A DNA stretch of 64,000 bases from an uncultured Patescibacteria group bacterium (GCA_937921305.1 CAKZSU010000002.1:1711-65710); one strand, 5' to 3'; counted from the first letter of the stretch, positions 9,801-19,850 are shown. The notes: generated from the sequence alone by a model not told the origin. A program made the numbers and translations.

Positions 9801-10952
9801 CTAGCGTCTCATCTCCTGAAGTATCGCGTTCAATGCCTTCCCAACAAAGAACACATCGCGTTTCGTCAGATTACCTGCTGACGGCAACGATATACCCTGA
9901 GCGGCGACGCGAGTCGCGACCGGATTTGGAAATCGCGATGGCGCGTAAAGCGGAAATTCGCTCATGCGAGGAAACGCCGGACGCGCGTGAATGTTTAACG
10001 CCTTGAGCTTTGCAAGAATCACATCTCGCTCTAATCGCATATGACGAGGAAGAAGCAATGACGGATAACAATAATTGCTTCGGACATCGCCTTGCTCCTC
10101 AAGAAGATCAATACCAGACACTCCATCCAACGCTTCTCGATACCACGAATGGATTTGTCGCTTTCTTGCTACCAATTCTTCAATCCGTTCAACTTGCGCC
10201 AACGCAAGAGAGGCAGTAAGATTGGCAATCGTGTATTGAAATCCTAACATATCGGACCAAAATACTGCCCTGCTATCCGTCCTTCCCATGCTCGCAAGAA
10301 GTTTCGCTTTCTTATAATATTCCTCATTATTTGTCACCAATATGCCTCCTTCTCCGCTTACCGCAATCTTCGCGCCATGAAAACTAAAGCATCCGATATC
10401 TCCAAATGTTCCAACATGTTTTCCTTTATAGGTCGATCCAAGTGCCGGCGCCGCGTCTTCGACAACCTTCAACTGATATTTCCTCGCGATTACCATAATC
10501 CTGTCCATATCGGAAGGGTGACCAAAGGTATGCACAAGCATGATCCCCTTTGTTTTTTTTGTAATTGCCCGTTCAATTGCGTCCGGATCAATACACCATG
10601 TCTTTGGATCGATATCTACAAATACTGGCGTCGCTCCTGTATAGGAAATCGCGTACGCGGTCGCGACCCACGAAAAATCTGTACAGATAACCTCATCGCC
10701 TTCTTTGAATCCTAGCGTTTCACAGGCGAGATGGAGCGCGAGCGTGCAACAATGGGTCGCGATTGCGTACCTTGCGCCAATATATTCGCAAACTGTTTGT
10801 TCGAGCTTTCGGACATGCTGATCAAAGGTTTCATAAAATCCATATAAAACGCCATCACGGACATACTGAACTTCTTTTTTTGTGATCCACGGACCGGCAA
10901 ATGCGATTTTCTTTTTGCTTGGTGAAAGACATCGACTGCCTCTTGATTTCAT
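9801..10952 (-). CDS. DegT/DnrJ/EryC1/StrS-family PLP-dependent sugar aminotransferase
   Basis: FSFHGAKIAVSGEGG has the PLP lysine in a typical context. Overall length 383 aa. Conserved DAA...G and GD(E)VI motifs. Confidence 0.85.
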   Translation of the reverse strand: MKSRGSRCLSPSKKKIAFAGPWITKKEVQYVRDGVLYGFYETFDQHVRKLEQTVCEYIGARYAIATHCCTLALHLACETLGFKEGDEVICTDFSWVATAYAISYTGATPVFVDIDPKTWCIDPDAIERAITKKTKGIMLVHTFGHPSDMDRIMVIARKYQLKVVEDAAPALGSTYKGKHVGTFGDIGCFSFHGAKIAVSGEGGILVTNNEEYYKKAKLLASMGRTDSRAVFWSDMLGFQYTIANLTASLALAQVERIEELVARKRQIHSWYREALDGVSGIDLLEEQGDVRSNYCYPSLLLPRHMRLERDVILAKLKALNIHARPAFPRMSEFPLYAPSRFPNPVATRVAAQGISLPSAGNLTKRDVFFVGKALNAILQEMRR

Positions 10953-11623
10953 GCAACCTCCTTTTTCATGTACACATGATACCTCGATATGTTCGGACCG
11001 TCATCTGTTTCACCCCACACGCCGCCATCGTCTGCTTGGTGAAACACCACAGGGACGCGACGCGTTTCCGAAAACCCTAATCGATAATATAACATCAACG
11101 CCTTACTGTTATCCGATGTTGTCTGTAAGGTAAACACGCGAATCGATAACACATGTTTTACCCACTCCATAAGCGTTTCAAGAGAAGCTTGCATGATCCC
11201 TTTCCGCCCCTCCTCGCCTCGCACAATATTGTCAAGATCAATGGACCGCTGATTCGGATCGTAACGAAACAATCCCACATGCCCGATATACCGATCATCA
11301 ACGCGAATCAAAAACAGTATGCGATCCCCCACATCAAGCACCCGCTCTTTAAGCCACGATCGCGTTCGTTCTTCTGTAACAGGAAAGATCGATGGAAACC
11401 ATCGTTCATGCGTTTTTCTCCATCGAGCAAGCAATCGAATAATCTCTTGATCGTTCAGACAATCATAGGTGACACACCATAAAGAAAATGGATTATTTTG
11501 AATCGTTCCGCGCAAGACATGGGAACCAAACGGCGATTGTTTCCATTCATGGAATATATCGATATGACGATCACTCATGCATTGCTTCATTTCTCTATTG
11601 GAGAGAAAAACATCTTCACGCAT
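10949..11623 (-). CDS. GNAT-family N-acetyltransferase (amino-sugar N-acetyltransferase candidate)
   Basis: Acetyl-CoA binding-like segment RGEEGRKGIMQASLETL and a C-terminal YYRLGF motif. Lies immediately downstream of the aminotransferase with a 4-nt overlap. Confidence 0.5.
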   Translation of the reverse strand: MREDVFLSNREMKQCMSDRHIDIFHEWKQSPFGSHVLRGTIQNNPFSLWCVTYDCLNDQEIIRLLARWRKTHERWFPSIFPVTEERTRSWLKERVLDVGDRILFLIRVDDRYIGHVGLFRYDPNQRSIDLDNIVRGEEGRKGIMQASLETLMEWVKHVLSIRVFTLQTTSDNSKALMLYYRLGFSETRRVPVVFHQADDGGVWGETDDGPNISRYHVYMKKEVA

Positions 11624-12114
11624 CGATCAATCCATAAGAAAAGCACGCACCCTCGCATCGCAAATGGTTTTATATAGACGACCCCATCGCGACGCAGCAG
11701 ACGCATCGAAACACATCGATCAAGATGTTGTTTAACAATAGCGCGCGGACGAAACGCGCAAGAGATCTCCGCGGCAGATCGTCCGTCTCTCCCCGCGTTG
11801 GCGATATAGGCGAGAAGACGAATCGTCAGCGATTCATTAAACACGCGGAACACAGTAAAAAGATATAGCGTAACGACTCCATGAAAGATCGCCTGAGATG
11901 CTACAGCGACAATAACCACGGTTTGCGGTGTCATCACATCAAGCATTCGCATCGCAATAAGCGATAACACCAACAAAAAACTAATAAACATCTGGAGCCA
12001 AAAACTAAACATCAATCGATGATGATCATCGACATAGCGAACAAATATAACCTGAATGAGCGCATACGCGATAGTGCCCACAAAAGAAAACGCCACAATA
12101 AAGATATCTATCAT
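11587..12114 (-). CDS. small membrane protein (4 TM) with C-terminal winged-helix-like segment; paralog of upstream gene
   Basis: Track ORF 11587..12240 trimmed to the internal ATG at 12114-12112. This ATG forms an ATGA overlap with the stop of the upstream gene. Four hydrophobic helices are followed by LTIRLLAYIAN...SAAEIS...RLLRRDGVVYIKP. Confidence 0.4.
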   Translation of the reverse strand: MIDIFIVAFSFVGTIAYALIQVIFVRYVDDHHRLMFSFWLQMFISFLLVLSLIAMRMLDVMTPQTVVIVAVASQAIFHGVVTLYLFTVFRVFNESLTIRLLAYIANAGRDGRSAAEISCAFRPRAIVKQHLDRCVSMRLLRRDGVVYIKPFAMRGCVLFLWIDRCVKMFFSPIEK

Positions 12115-12602
12115 ACTCGATTCTCCATACCGCACATCGTTCCGACAATATGAAACAACACATTCACTATCCTTCCTTTTAGCGTAGCGCGCCATCTCGA
12201 TTGCTTCTGCTCTATCAATCCCATAGCTTGCAAGGAACAAAGACGAGATGTAATCAATGCGTTTTTAGAAAGCTCTTTCAATATTTCCTCCTCCCGCAGA
12301 GACGACACACCGCGAAACATCGATACGATAAGAAAAAACACCGAGCGTCGTTGCGGAATATACAAGAGAGAAAACAGCGAAAAAAAGCATCCGACAATGC
12401 ATGAAACAACCAAAAGCGTAAACGGATATGCCGAATCGTATGGAATAATACTATTCCTCGCCACCAAATAGGGAAAAAGCGGTATATACATCAACCCCAA
12501 CAAAAACAAAAGAACCTTGTAACGAAACAATAGCCGATATGCAACCGCGTGAATACACAGTGTGGCAAATACCCATCCTGCGACAATCACGAGTCCTTCC
12601 AT
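12111..12602 (-). CDS. small membrane protein (3-4 TM) with C-terminal winged-helix-like segment
   Basis: Hydrophobic N-terminal two-thirds. The C-terminus EEEILKELSKNALITSRLCSLQAMGLIEQK resembles a wHTH. Confidence 0.4.
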   Translation of the reverse strand: MEGLVIVAGWVFATLCIHAVAYRLLFRYKVLLFLLGLMYIPLFPYLVARNSIIPYDSAYPFTLLVVSCIVGCFFSLFSLLYIPQRRSVFFLIVSMFRGVSSLREEEILKELSKNALITSRLCSLQAMGLIEQKQSRWRATLKGRIVNVLFHIVGTMCGMENRV

Positions 12603-12607
12603 GCTAT

Positions 12608-13621
12608 TTATGAAACCAATGAAAATATCACGGCATCTTTTTGAGATGTCAAGGGATTATTGTTCGAAAACATATATGATTCGTACCATGCGTAGACCGA
12701 TGAAGCCATGTCAGGAAGACGTTTCTTTGGGGTCCAACCGAGAATAGTCTTCGCCTTTTCATACGATAATGACTGCGCGGGTATTTCATGCGCCGCCGTA
12801 TTTTGTATCGTATATGAGATCGTTCTTTTTAACGCGTTTTCAAACACGCGAACCAAATCGAGAACCGAACACACATCATCGCTTCCAAAGTTAAACGCCT
12901 GTCCCTTTAGTTCCGACGCGCGCTCCGCGAGCATCAAGTACCCCTCCACCACATCCTTGACATACACATATGCGCGCGTGTGCTTCCCATTGCTTCGAAT
13001 GTGAAATGGTTCGTTGCGAAGGATAGAAAATATCATACCGGGAATAACGCGAGACGGATGAAGATCCCCTTCTCCATAAATATTCCCAAAACGGGTGATA
13101 ACAACAGGAAGATTATAGGTCTCTGCATAAGTTTGCGCGATCAAATCAGCCGACGACTTAGACACTTCATAGGGATGTTTGCCAACCAACGGATCGTCTT
13201 CTCTATATGGACGATCCAACCTCCCATATGCCTTGTCAGACGACGCGACAATCACACTCTCGATCCATGGCGATATTCTCACGGCCTCAAGCATGTTGAC
13301 TGTCCCAAGAATATTCGTCGCCAATGTTTCGCGGGGATTGACAAACGCGGGAACAACCAGCGGTTGCGCCGCAAGATGAAAGAGTATCGAAATTTCATTG
13401 GATGTCACGATATCAATCACGCGCTCCGCGTCTTTAACATCGCCAATCAGCATCGTTGTTTTTTTATGAAGACCCTGAGAAAAAAAATATCCCGCAGGAT
13501 ACGCGGTTCGCGTTAGAACAAACACATGCGCGCCCAACGCAACGAGCGCTTCCACAAGGTGGCTTCCTACAAACCCTGCTCCACCGGTCACCAACACACG
13601 TTTATGAGCGAAATATGACAT
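12608..13621 (-). CDS. NAD-dependent sugar-nucleotide 4,6-dehydratase (CDP-glucose 4,6-dehydratase-like SDR)
   Basis: N-terminal Rossmann motif VLVTGGAGFVGSHL and catalytic YEVSK (YxxxK). Sits adjacent to a glucose-1-phosphate cytidylyltransferase. Confidence 0.7.
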   Translation of the reverse strand: MSYFAHKRVLVTGGAGFVGSHLVEALVALGAHVFVLTRTAYPAGYFFSQGLHKKTTMLIGDVKDAERVIDIVTSNEISILFHLAAQPLVVPAFVNPRETLATNILGTVNMLEAVRISPWIESVIVASSDKAYGRLDRPYREDDPLVGKHPYEVSKSSADLIAQTYAETYNLPVVITRFGNIYGEGDLHPSRVIPGMIFSILRNEPFHIRSNGKHTRAYVYVKDVVEGYLMLAERASELKGQAFNFGSDDVCSVLDLVRVFENALKRTISYTIQNTAAHEIPAQSLSYEKAKTILGWTPKKRLPDMASSVYAWYESYMFSNNNPLTSQKDAVIFSLVS

Positions 13622-13624
13622 AGA

Positions 13625-14446
13625 CTACTTCCAAATCTTCCATGGAGCGTTTCCGCTCTCCCACAGAGCATTCAAATTTTGCACATCCACATAGGTGTCC
13701 ATGGCATGCCAAAATCCCTCATGAATGTATAAAGAAAGCTGTCGGTCGCGAATCAATCGCTTAATCGCTTCATGCTCCATCTCGCCATGACGAAGATACG
13801 AGAAAAACCGTTTATCAAACACCATGAACCCCCCATTCACCCAATCATTCTTTAACACAGGCTTTTCCACAAATCGTGTCACACGAAGCTGTTTGTCCAC
13901 ACGAACCATGCCGTACTTCGTTCGCGGATGAACGCCAGTGATCGTCCCTATTCTTCCTTGCGCTTTATGAAACGCGACAAGATTGGCGATATTGATATCG
14001 CTCACGCCATCGCCATAAGTTACCATAAACAAGTCATCGTTTTCTAGAATATATTCCTTCACGCGAAGAATTCGCTCGCCGGGCAATGTCTCCAACCCTG
14101 TATCAACAAAGGTGATGATAAAATCATCAATCCCGTCAGGTCCCGGCTTGTGAATCTTCTTCTTTCCTGTTTTTGTATGAATTGTAAAATCGTGAAGAAA
14201 ATACTGCTGATTTAAGAAATAATCTTTAATGTATTCTCCTTTGTATCCAAGAGCAATGATAAATTCGTTAAACCCATACGACGCGTAGATCTTCATAATA
14301 TGCCACAAGATCGGCTTATTTCCGATCGCGACCATCGGTTTTGGCTTGAATTCTGTTTCTTCTTTTAATCGATAGCCAATCCCGCCAGAAAGAATGATCG
14401 TTTTCATGCTGCCCCCTAATGAATCACACTTTGAATGGAGAATCAA
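13625..14446 (-). CDS. rfbF: glucose-1-phosphate cytidylyltransferase
   Basis: MKTIILSGGIGYRLKEETEFKPKPMVAIGNKPILWHIMKIYASYGFNEFIIALGYKG matches the RfbF N-terminus almost residue for residue. The true start is probably the internal ATG at 14407. Confidence 0.8.
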   Translation of the reverse strand: MILHSKCDSLGGSMKTIILSGGIGYRLKEETEFKPKPMVAIGNKPILWHIMKIYASYGFNEFIIALGYKGEYIKDYFLNQQYFLHDFTIHTKTGKKKIHKPGPDGIDDFIITFVDTGLETLPGERILRVKEYILENDDLFMVTYGDGVSDINIANLVAFHKAQGRIGTITGVHPRTKYGMVRVDKQLRVTRFVEKPVLKNDWVNGGFMVFDKRFFSYLRHGEMEHEAIKRLIRDRQLSLYIHEGFWHAMDTYVDVQNLNALWESGNAPWKIWK

Positions 14447-15372
14447 GAGGAAGATGAAACGCGAGCATATCGATTTCGTATTTCTTCGACAATCAGCGCT
14501 GGGGATACCCCATGCGCCTTACGAACATACGACTGCGTGCCAACGATATGAGAACTGTACGATCGAACGCCAACGCGATATAATGGAAACGCGATCTGAT
14601 GATCGGCAAAATACTCGGCAACGATCGTCCCAAGTCCTCCGTTTATCGCATGTTCCTCGATTGTCACAATCATCTTTTTTGTCTTGACGACTTCTTCCAA
14701 TAGATTGGTATCAAACGGAACAAGCGTATGCATGCTTACCACCATCGCGTAAATATGGTCATCCGCTAATCGACGCGCAACCTCTATCGCCACTTCAAGG
14801 ATGCTTGATGTGGAAAAGATCGCGATATCATCGCCGTCCTGAAGAATGTTCCCCTTTCCAAGTTCGACAGGGCGGGTTGTGTAGGTAGGCTCCCCTTTTT
14901 TCCCAAGACGAAGATAAACTGGCCCGAAGCGACGAAGCGCTTGACGCGTGAGTTCCCTCGCCTCCACAGGATCGCCAGGAGCAAGAATTGCAAGATTTGG
15001 CAATAACCGCATCATGCCAATATCTTCCAAGCTGTGATGCGAATACCCATATGGTCCATACGAAAACCCCGCCCCGACGCCGACAATCAACACCGGCAGG
15101 TTGTGATAGCAAATATCGTTCCGAAGCTGTTCGATATTTCGCATGGTAATGAACGGAATAATGGAATAAATGACAGGACGATACCCCTCAAATGCAAGCC
15201 CCGCGGCGATGCCCGTCATCGACTGTTCCATGATCCCGCAATTCAAATATTGATTAGGCAACTCTTCCTGAAATCGCTCAAATACCGAATATCCTAAATC
15301 TCCGGTCAGGAGCATAATCGATGGGTCTTTTTTCGCCTCCTCACGCAATACATCAGCGAACGCGTTTCTCAT
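14443..15372 (-). CDS. transketolase, C-terminal (pyrimidine-binding) subunit
   Basis: EQSMTGIAAGLAFEGYRPVIYS...PGDPVEARE pattern of split transketolase subunit B. Confidence 0.8.
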   Translation of the reverse strand: MRNAFADVLREEAKKDPSIMLLTGDLGYSVFERFQEELPNQYLNCGIMEQSMTGIAAGLAFEGYRPVIYSIIPFITMRNIEQLRNDICYHNLPVLIVGVGAGFSYGPYGYSHHSLEDIGMMRLLPNLAILAPGDPVEARELTRQALRRFGPVYLRLGKKGEPTYTTRPVELGKGNILQDGDDIAIFSTSSILEVAIEVARRLADDHIYAMVVSMHTLVPFDTNLLEEVVKTKKMIVTIEEHAINGGLGTIVAEYFADHQIAFPLYRVGVRSYSSHIVGTQSYVRKAHGVSPALIVEEIRNRYARVSSSS

Positions 15373-16198
15373 ATTCCTCCTTTGTAGGCGGCACGTATTG
15401 AGAAGAAACCTGATTCACATGTTGCGGCGGACCACCTTTTCCTTTGATTGTATTCGCAATGATGACAGAGGGTTTTCCCTTTTGAAATGGAATAATAGAA
15501 CATACGCGATGCAACGATCGAAACGAATGACCGTTACATGATCTCGCCGCCCATCCAAAACTTCGCCATTTTGCTCCAAACGGTTTCAAGGATATGACAT
15601 CGTCAACATACCCATACCCTTGCAGTCGATTGTAATCAATAATCACAACAAGATTCTCAAGCCCATGATGCGCTGCGAACAACGCGGATTCCCATGTTGT
15701 TCCTTCATCACACTCACCGTCAGAGAGAATCGCATATACCGCATGCGTTTTCCGTTGTTTTTTCCCTGCAAGCGCCATACCAACAGCAATTGGCAATCCA
15801 TGCCCAAGCGATCCTGACGACACCTCAATGCCCGGAACCGCGCCCCTCGTTGTGTGACCAGCCAGCGCTCCTCCATCCAATTCGTAACCATCAAGAAGCG
15901 ATGGATCAAAGAATCCTCGACGCGCAAGAATCGCATACAACGCTTTTGCATCGTGTCCTTTACTAAACACAAGCCGATCTCGTGACAGATCCAATGGTTT
16001 CTTTGGATCAATCCGCATACGGTAAAAATACAGATACACAAGAATCTCAACACACGAATACGCGCCGCCCGAATGCGCGCTTTGCGCCCGATACGCCATA
16101 CGAAAAATATCAGATCGAATTATTTTTGCTTGTTCTTTTAACTTCCTTAGCGTTTCATCATTCATATGGTATTGATTGGATTGTTCGCCAAGAAGCAT
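15353..16198 (-). CDS. transketolase, N-terminal (TPP-binding) subunit
   Basis: SKGHDAKALYAIL, GHTT...GIEVSSGSLGHGL, ILSDGECDEG and TPP-binding GDG-like motifs. Confidence 0.8.
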   Translation of the reverse strand: MLLGEQSNQYHMNDETLRKLKEQAKIIRSDIFRMAYRAQSAHSGGAYSCVEILVYLYFYRMRIDPKKPLDLSRDRLVFSKGHDAKALYAILARRGFFDPSLLDGYELDGGALAGHTTRGAVPGIEVSSGSLGHGLPIAVGMALAGKKQRKTHAVYAILSDGECDEGTTWESALFAAHHGLENLVVIIDYNRLQGYGYVDDVISLKPFGAKWRSFGWAARSCNGHSFRSLHRVCSIIPFQKGKPSVIIANTIKGKGGPPQHVNQVSSQYVPPTKEEYEKRVR

Positions 16199-17015
16199 AT
16201 CGCATCCCCAACAGATCTTCTGTTTTCTTCACCGCAAGCGCGCTATATTTTGCGTACCGAAGAGGACTATTGCCTAGCGCATAAAACTCCTCAATTGATA
16301 TCTTCGTCACCGTTTGAACGCTTTCTAGAATCATGGTCGTAAATAATTCATACGGAGAAACCAAATCAGGACTTGCAACATGGAATGCTCCTCGCATGCG
16401 TCGATCTATAATACGCCTCAGCGATTCCACAAGATCAGGAAGAAATGTCAATGGAAAATATTGATCAGTAAAAAGCGGAAACAATCGTCCTTCCTGATAC
16501 AATCGAATCATGCGTTGGACATAGTCGTCTCGCATGCCATGTGGAATAACAGGTTGAGCAATGCGAACAATCGCGTCCGCGCCTATTTGTTCCCCAAGAT
16601 ATTTTGTATACCCATACCACCCATTCTTGGTAGGATCAGACTCTGGCTGATCGTCAATCTCAAATGGACCGGGTCGATCATCGGTTCCATGAAACACCGA
16701 TCCTGTGGAGATGTAGATCACAAAGGCGCCAACAGCATGACCGGCGTCAATCACATGCTTCGCGCCATAAACATTTGTTCTGTAACAAATGCCATTACTA
16801 TCTCCTCGCTCACGCTCCGCGTCTGTCGCATTCACATACGCTGCCGCGTGAAGAATAATATCTGGAGATCTTGACGCGATGTATGACTGAACACCTTCTG
16901 GATTAAGAATATCCATATCTTTTCGAGAAGGAGCAAAAAGTATATACGATGAAGACAACAATGAATACAATGCATTTCCAACAAGCCCGCTTGCCCCAGT
17001 GATCAGCACAGTCAT
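16158..17015 (-). CDS. RmlD-like NAD(P)H-dependent sugar-nucleotide 4-ketoreductase
   Basis: VLITGASGLVG Rossmann motif. YGYTK (YxxxK). Length 285 aa, typical of the dTDP-4-dehydrorhamnose reductase family. Confidence 0.65.
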   Translation of the reverse strand: MTVLITGASGLVGNALYSLLSSSYILFAPSRKDMDILNPEGVQSYIASRSPDIILHAAAYVNATDAERERGDSNGICYRTNVYGAKHVIDAGHAVGAFVIYISTGSVFHGTDDRPGPFEIDDQPESDPTKNGWYGYTKYLGEQIGADAIVRIAQPVIPHGMRDDYVQRMIRLYQEGRLFPLFTDQYFPLTFLPDLVESLRRIIDRRMRGAFHVASPDLVSPYELFTTMILESVQTVTKISIEEFYALGNSPLRYAKYSALAVKKTEDLLGMRYASWRTIQSIPYE

Positions 17016-17061
17016 ACGGTCTCTATTCTATATAAAAATGTAGTATCATACTATCGCATCT

Positions 17062-18045
17062 ATGATACTCAAAGAGCATTCCATATTGCTCATTGGCGGA
17101 GCGGGATTTATGGGATCCCACCTCACCGAGGCATTATCAAAAGATAATAACATTACAATATATGATAATTTCTCATCATCTGTCGTGTCTGAAGAATCAC
17201 TCAGAGCCATGCCGAATGTCTCGATTGTTCGAGGAGATATTCGCGATGAACAAACGCTTGCCGATGCAATGCACGGACACGATATCGTGATCCATCTTGC
17301 CGCAGCGCACATCCGTCTTTCTCTTTCTGACCCCAAAACAGTGCATGAGATCAACGCCACAGGGACGCTCAACGCGATTCTCGCCGCAAAACAAACAACC
17401 GTCAAACGCTTTGTACACATCTCTTCATCGGAAATCTATGGCACCGCAAAGCATACGCTCATCCAAGAAGACGATCTAAAAGATCCGACAACCGTGTATG
17501 GCGTCAGCAAATATATCGGCGAACTGTACACGCTCTACGCCCATCGCCATGAAGGATTGCCGTCGATGGTTATCAGACTTTTTAATACTTATGGTCCAAG
17601 GGCGCACTGGAATGATGTATTTGGGGAAGTCATTCCGCGCATGTGCGTTCGAGCTCTGTGCGGAAAACCGCCAATCATTTTTGGCGATGGAGAACAAACA
17701 AGAGATTTTACCTATATCACAGACACAATTCATGGAATTATGCTCGCTTCGTCTGAAGACAGGCTCCTTGGGGATGTCGTCAATATCGCGTATGGACAAG
17801 AAGTCTCGATTCATACCGTCGCGGAGGCTATCAAGAAAGAAACTGGCGTCGCTCCCATCTATCTTCCAGCTCGTCCCCACGATGTTCGACGCCACGCCGC
17901 AGACACAACAAAAGCAAAACGAATGCTTGGATGGAATCCGAGAATCGATATTCACACAGGAATACGACAGTATCTTGCATGGTTGAGACAAACATATCCA
18001 GATCCTAATGAATTGTTACCACATGTTCCGGAGCAAAATTGGTAG
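17062..18045 (+). CDS. NAD-dependent sugar-nucleotide epimerase/dehydratase (extended SDR)
   Basis: ILLIGGAGFMGSHL and YGVSK catalytic motif. 327 aa. Confidence 0.75.
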   Translation: MILKEHSILLIGGAGFMGSHLTEALSKDNNITIYDNFSSSVVSEESLRAMPNVSIVRGDIRDEQTLADAMHGHDIVIHLAAAHIRLSLSDPKTVHEINATGTLNAILAAKQTTVKRFVHISSSEIYGTAKHTLIQEDDLKDPTTVYGVSKYIGELYTLYAHRHEGLPSMVIRLFNTYGPRAHWNDVFGEVIPRMCVRALCGKPPIIFGDGEQTRDFTYITDTIHGIMLASSEDRLLGDVVNIAYGQEVSIHTVAEAIKKETGVAPIYLPARPHDVRRHAADTTKAKRMLGWNPRIDIHTGIRQYLAWLRQTYPDPNELLPHVPEQNW

Positions 18046-18046
18046 C

Positions 18047-18751
18047 ATGATTTCCTCAATTTCACTCCTCATCCCAGCCTACAACGCGAAACAGACACTT
18101 CTTCCCGTTCTTACAAAGGCTCGAAGCATAATAGCATCCATCGCCAACGACAGAGAAATCATCGTCCTTGACGACGGATCAACAGACGAAACCTCTCGCA
18201 TTCTTGCCAATCTTTCATGGAAAGAACTCACTATCCTTCGCCATGAAATCAATCAAGGGTATGGAAAAACAATCAAAGATTTATATTACGCGGCGACGAA
18301 AAAATGGCTTGTTACGCTTCCATCCGATGATCAAATCGACCCGGAAGAAATCCGTAAACTGGCCTCTTGCCATGAACAAGGAGCCATGATCTTGGGAAAA
18401 CGATCAATCCGCCACGACCACCTCAAGAGACGAATACAATCGATGATGTACAATACATTATTGCGTCTTCTCTTTGATATTCCCACAACAGACGCAAACA
18501 CGATCAGACTCATGAAGCGAGAAATTCTTCAACATATAACACTTCGCGCAACGAGCGCGTTTGTTGACGCCGAGCTCATCATCGCGGCTCGAAACGCTGG
18601 ATATACCATTGTTGAAGTTCCGATTAACCATAAACCCAGAACAACGCCCGGCGCGACCGGCGGAAAATTCTTCGCAACCATTCTCCCAACGATTCAAGAC
18701 ATGATCGCGTATGCGATAACGCGTTCTTCTCGCCAATTCACACAATCATGA
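18047..18751 (+). CDS. GT2 family glycosyltransferase
   Basis: ISLLIPAYNAK...IVLDDGSTDET (DXD-type GT-A signature). The start was moved to the internal ATG just after the upstream stop. Confidence 0.7.
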   Translation: MISSISLLIPAYNAKQTLLPVLTKARSIIASIANDREIIVLDDGSTDETSRILANLSWKELTILRHEINQGYGKTIKDLYYAATKKWLVTLPSDDQIDPEEIRKLASCHEQGAMILGKRSIRHDHLKRRIQSMMYNTLLRLLFDIPTTDANTIRLMKREILQHITLRATSAFVDAELIIAARNAGYTIVEVPINHKPRTTPGATGGKFFATILPTIQDMIAYAITRSSRQFTQS

Positions 18752-18770
18752 TATATACTTACCCCTGCCT

Positions 18771-19808
18771 ATGATTCGCGTCCTCGTATTGGGAGCAGGC
18801 GGAGCTCCCTCAACAAATGTTGTCCGATCGCTCAAGAAAAAACGAAAGGCATACTACCTTGTTGGAACGGACGCAAATCCGTATTATCTTGCCCGAGCCG
18901 AGACAGACAAAACTTATCTTGTGCCAAAAGCAGACGATCCCGCGTTCCTCCCAAAACTTCGAGACATTATTCAAAAAGAGCAGATTGAGTATGTCCATAT
19001 TCAAAACGACAAAGAAGTCGCAGTTATCAGCGACCATAGAAATGAAATTCCCGCAACTCTCTTTCTGCCATCACAAGACACGGTTCGCGTCTGTCAAGAT
19101 AAATACGCATCGTATCTCCGGTGGAAACACGCGGGCATTCGTGTGCCGGAAACTATGATGATTAATACAGAAGACGATGTTAAACAAGCATTTTCCTTGT
19201 TTGATGGAATGATCTGGCTTCGATTCACAACTGGCGCGGCAGGAAACGGCTCGCTTAAACCAAAAAATGTTCAACAAGCAATCGCGTGGATCACTTTCCA
19301 CGATGGTTGGGGAAAATTTACCGCGGCGCGCGTGCTTGAGCCAGAAAGCGTCACATGGATGTCCATCTGGTATCAAGGAGAACTTATTGTCGCGCAAGGA
19401 CGAAAACGATTGTATTGGGAAGCGAGCCACCTCGCGCCTTCAGGCATCACTGGCATCACCGGCGCAGGCATCACGATTGACGACCCCGTAGTTGACGACA
19501 TCTCCATAAAAGCAATCAAAGCGATCGATCCCTCTCCACATGGACTCTACGGCGTTGATTTAACATACGATCACACCGGCATCCCAAATCCAACAGAAAT
19601 TAACATTGGACGATTTTTTACCACGCACTTATTTTTTACAGAACTTGGACTCAACATGCCGCATATCGCGGTATCGCTAGCCCTAGGGAAGAAACCAAAG
19701 CTCCCAAAAAAACGGATCAATCCGTTAGATCCTGGATGGGTGTGGATTCGCGGCGTAGACTTCGCCCCTATCCTTATTCGCGAAGAAAACATTGGAAATA
19801 ATCAGTAA
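18771..19808 (+). CDS. ATP-grasp domain protein
   Basis: Glycine-rich N-terminus (RVLVLGAGGAPS) and central/B-loop-like segments resemble PylC/carbamoyl-phosphate-synthase-like ATP-grasp ligases. Assignment from motif recollection only. Confidence 0.45.
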   Translation: MIRVLVLGAGGAPSTNVVRSLKKKRKAYYLVGTDANPYYLARAETDKTYLVPKADDPAFLPKLRDIIQKEQIEYVHIQNDKEVAVISDHRNEIPATLFLPSQDTVRVCQDKYASYLRWKHAGIRVPETMMINTEDDVKQAFSLFDGMIWLRFTTGAAGNGSLKPKNVQQAIAWITFHDGWGKFTAARVLEPESVTWMSIWYQGELIVAQGRKRLYWEASHLAPSGITGITGAGITIDDPVVDDISIKAIKAIDPSPHGLYGVDLTYDHTGIPNPTEINIGRFFTTHLFFTELGLNMPHIAVSLALGKKPKLPKKRINPLDPGWVWIRGVDFAPILIREENIGNNQ

Positions 19809-19850
19809 TCGGCTATTGGCAATCGGCAGTTGATTGTTAGGTGTAATCCT

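Noticed and set aside
11587-12240. Full-length 217-aa ORF from the track overlapping the upstream gene by 130 nt
   Set aside because: An internal ATG at 12114 creates a clean ATGA stop/start overlap with the upstream gene and removes an implausible long out-of-frame overlap. The shorter model is preferred.
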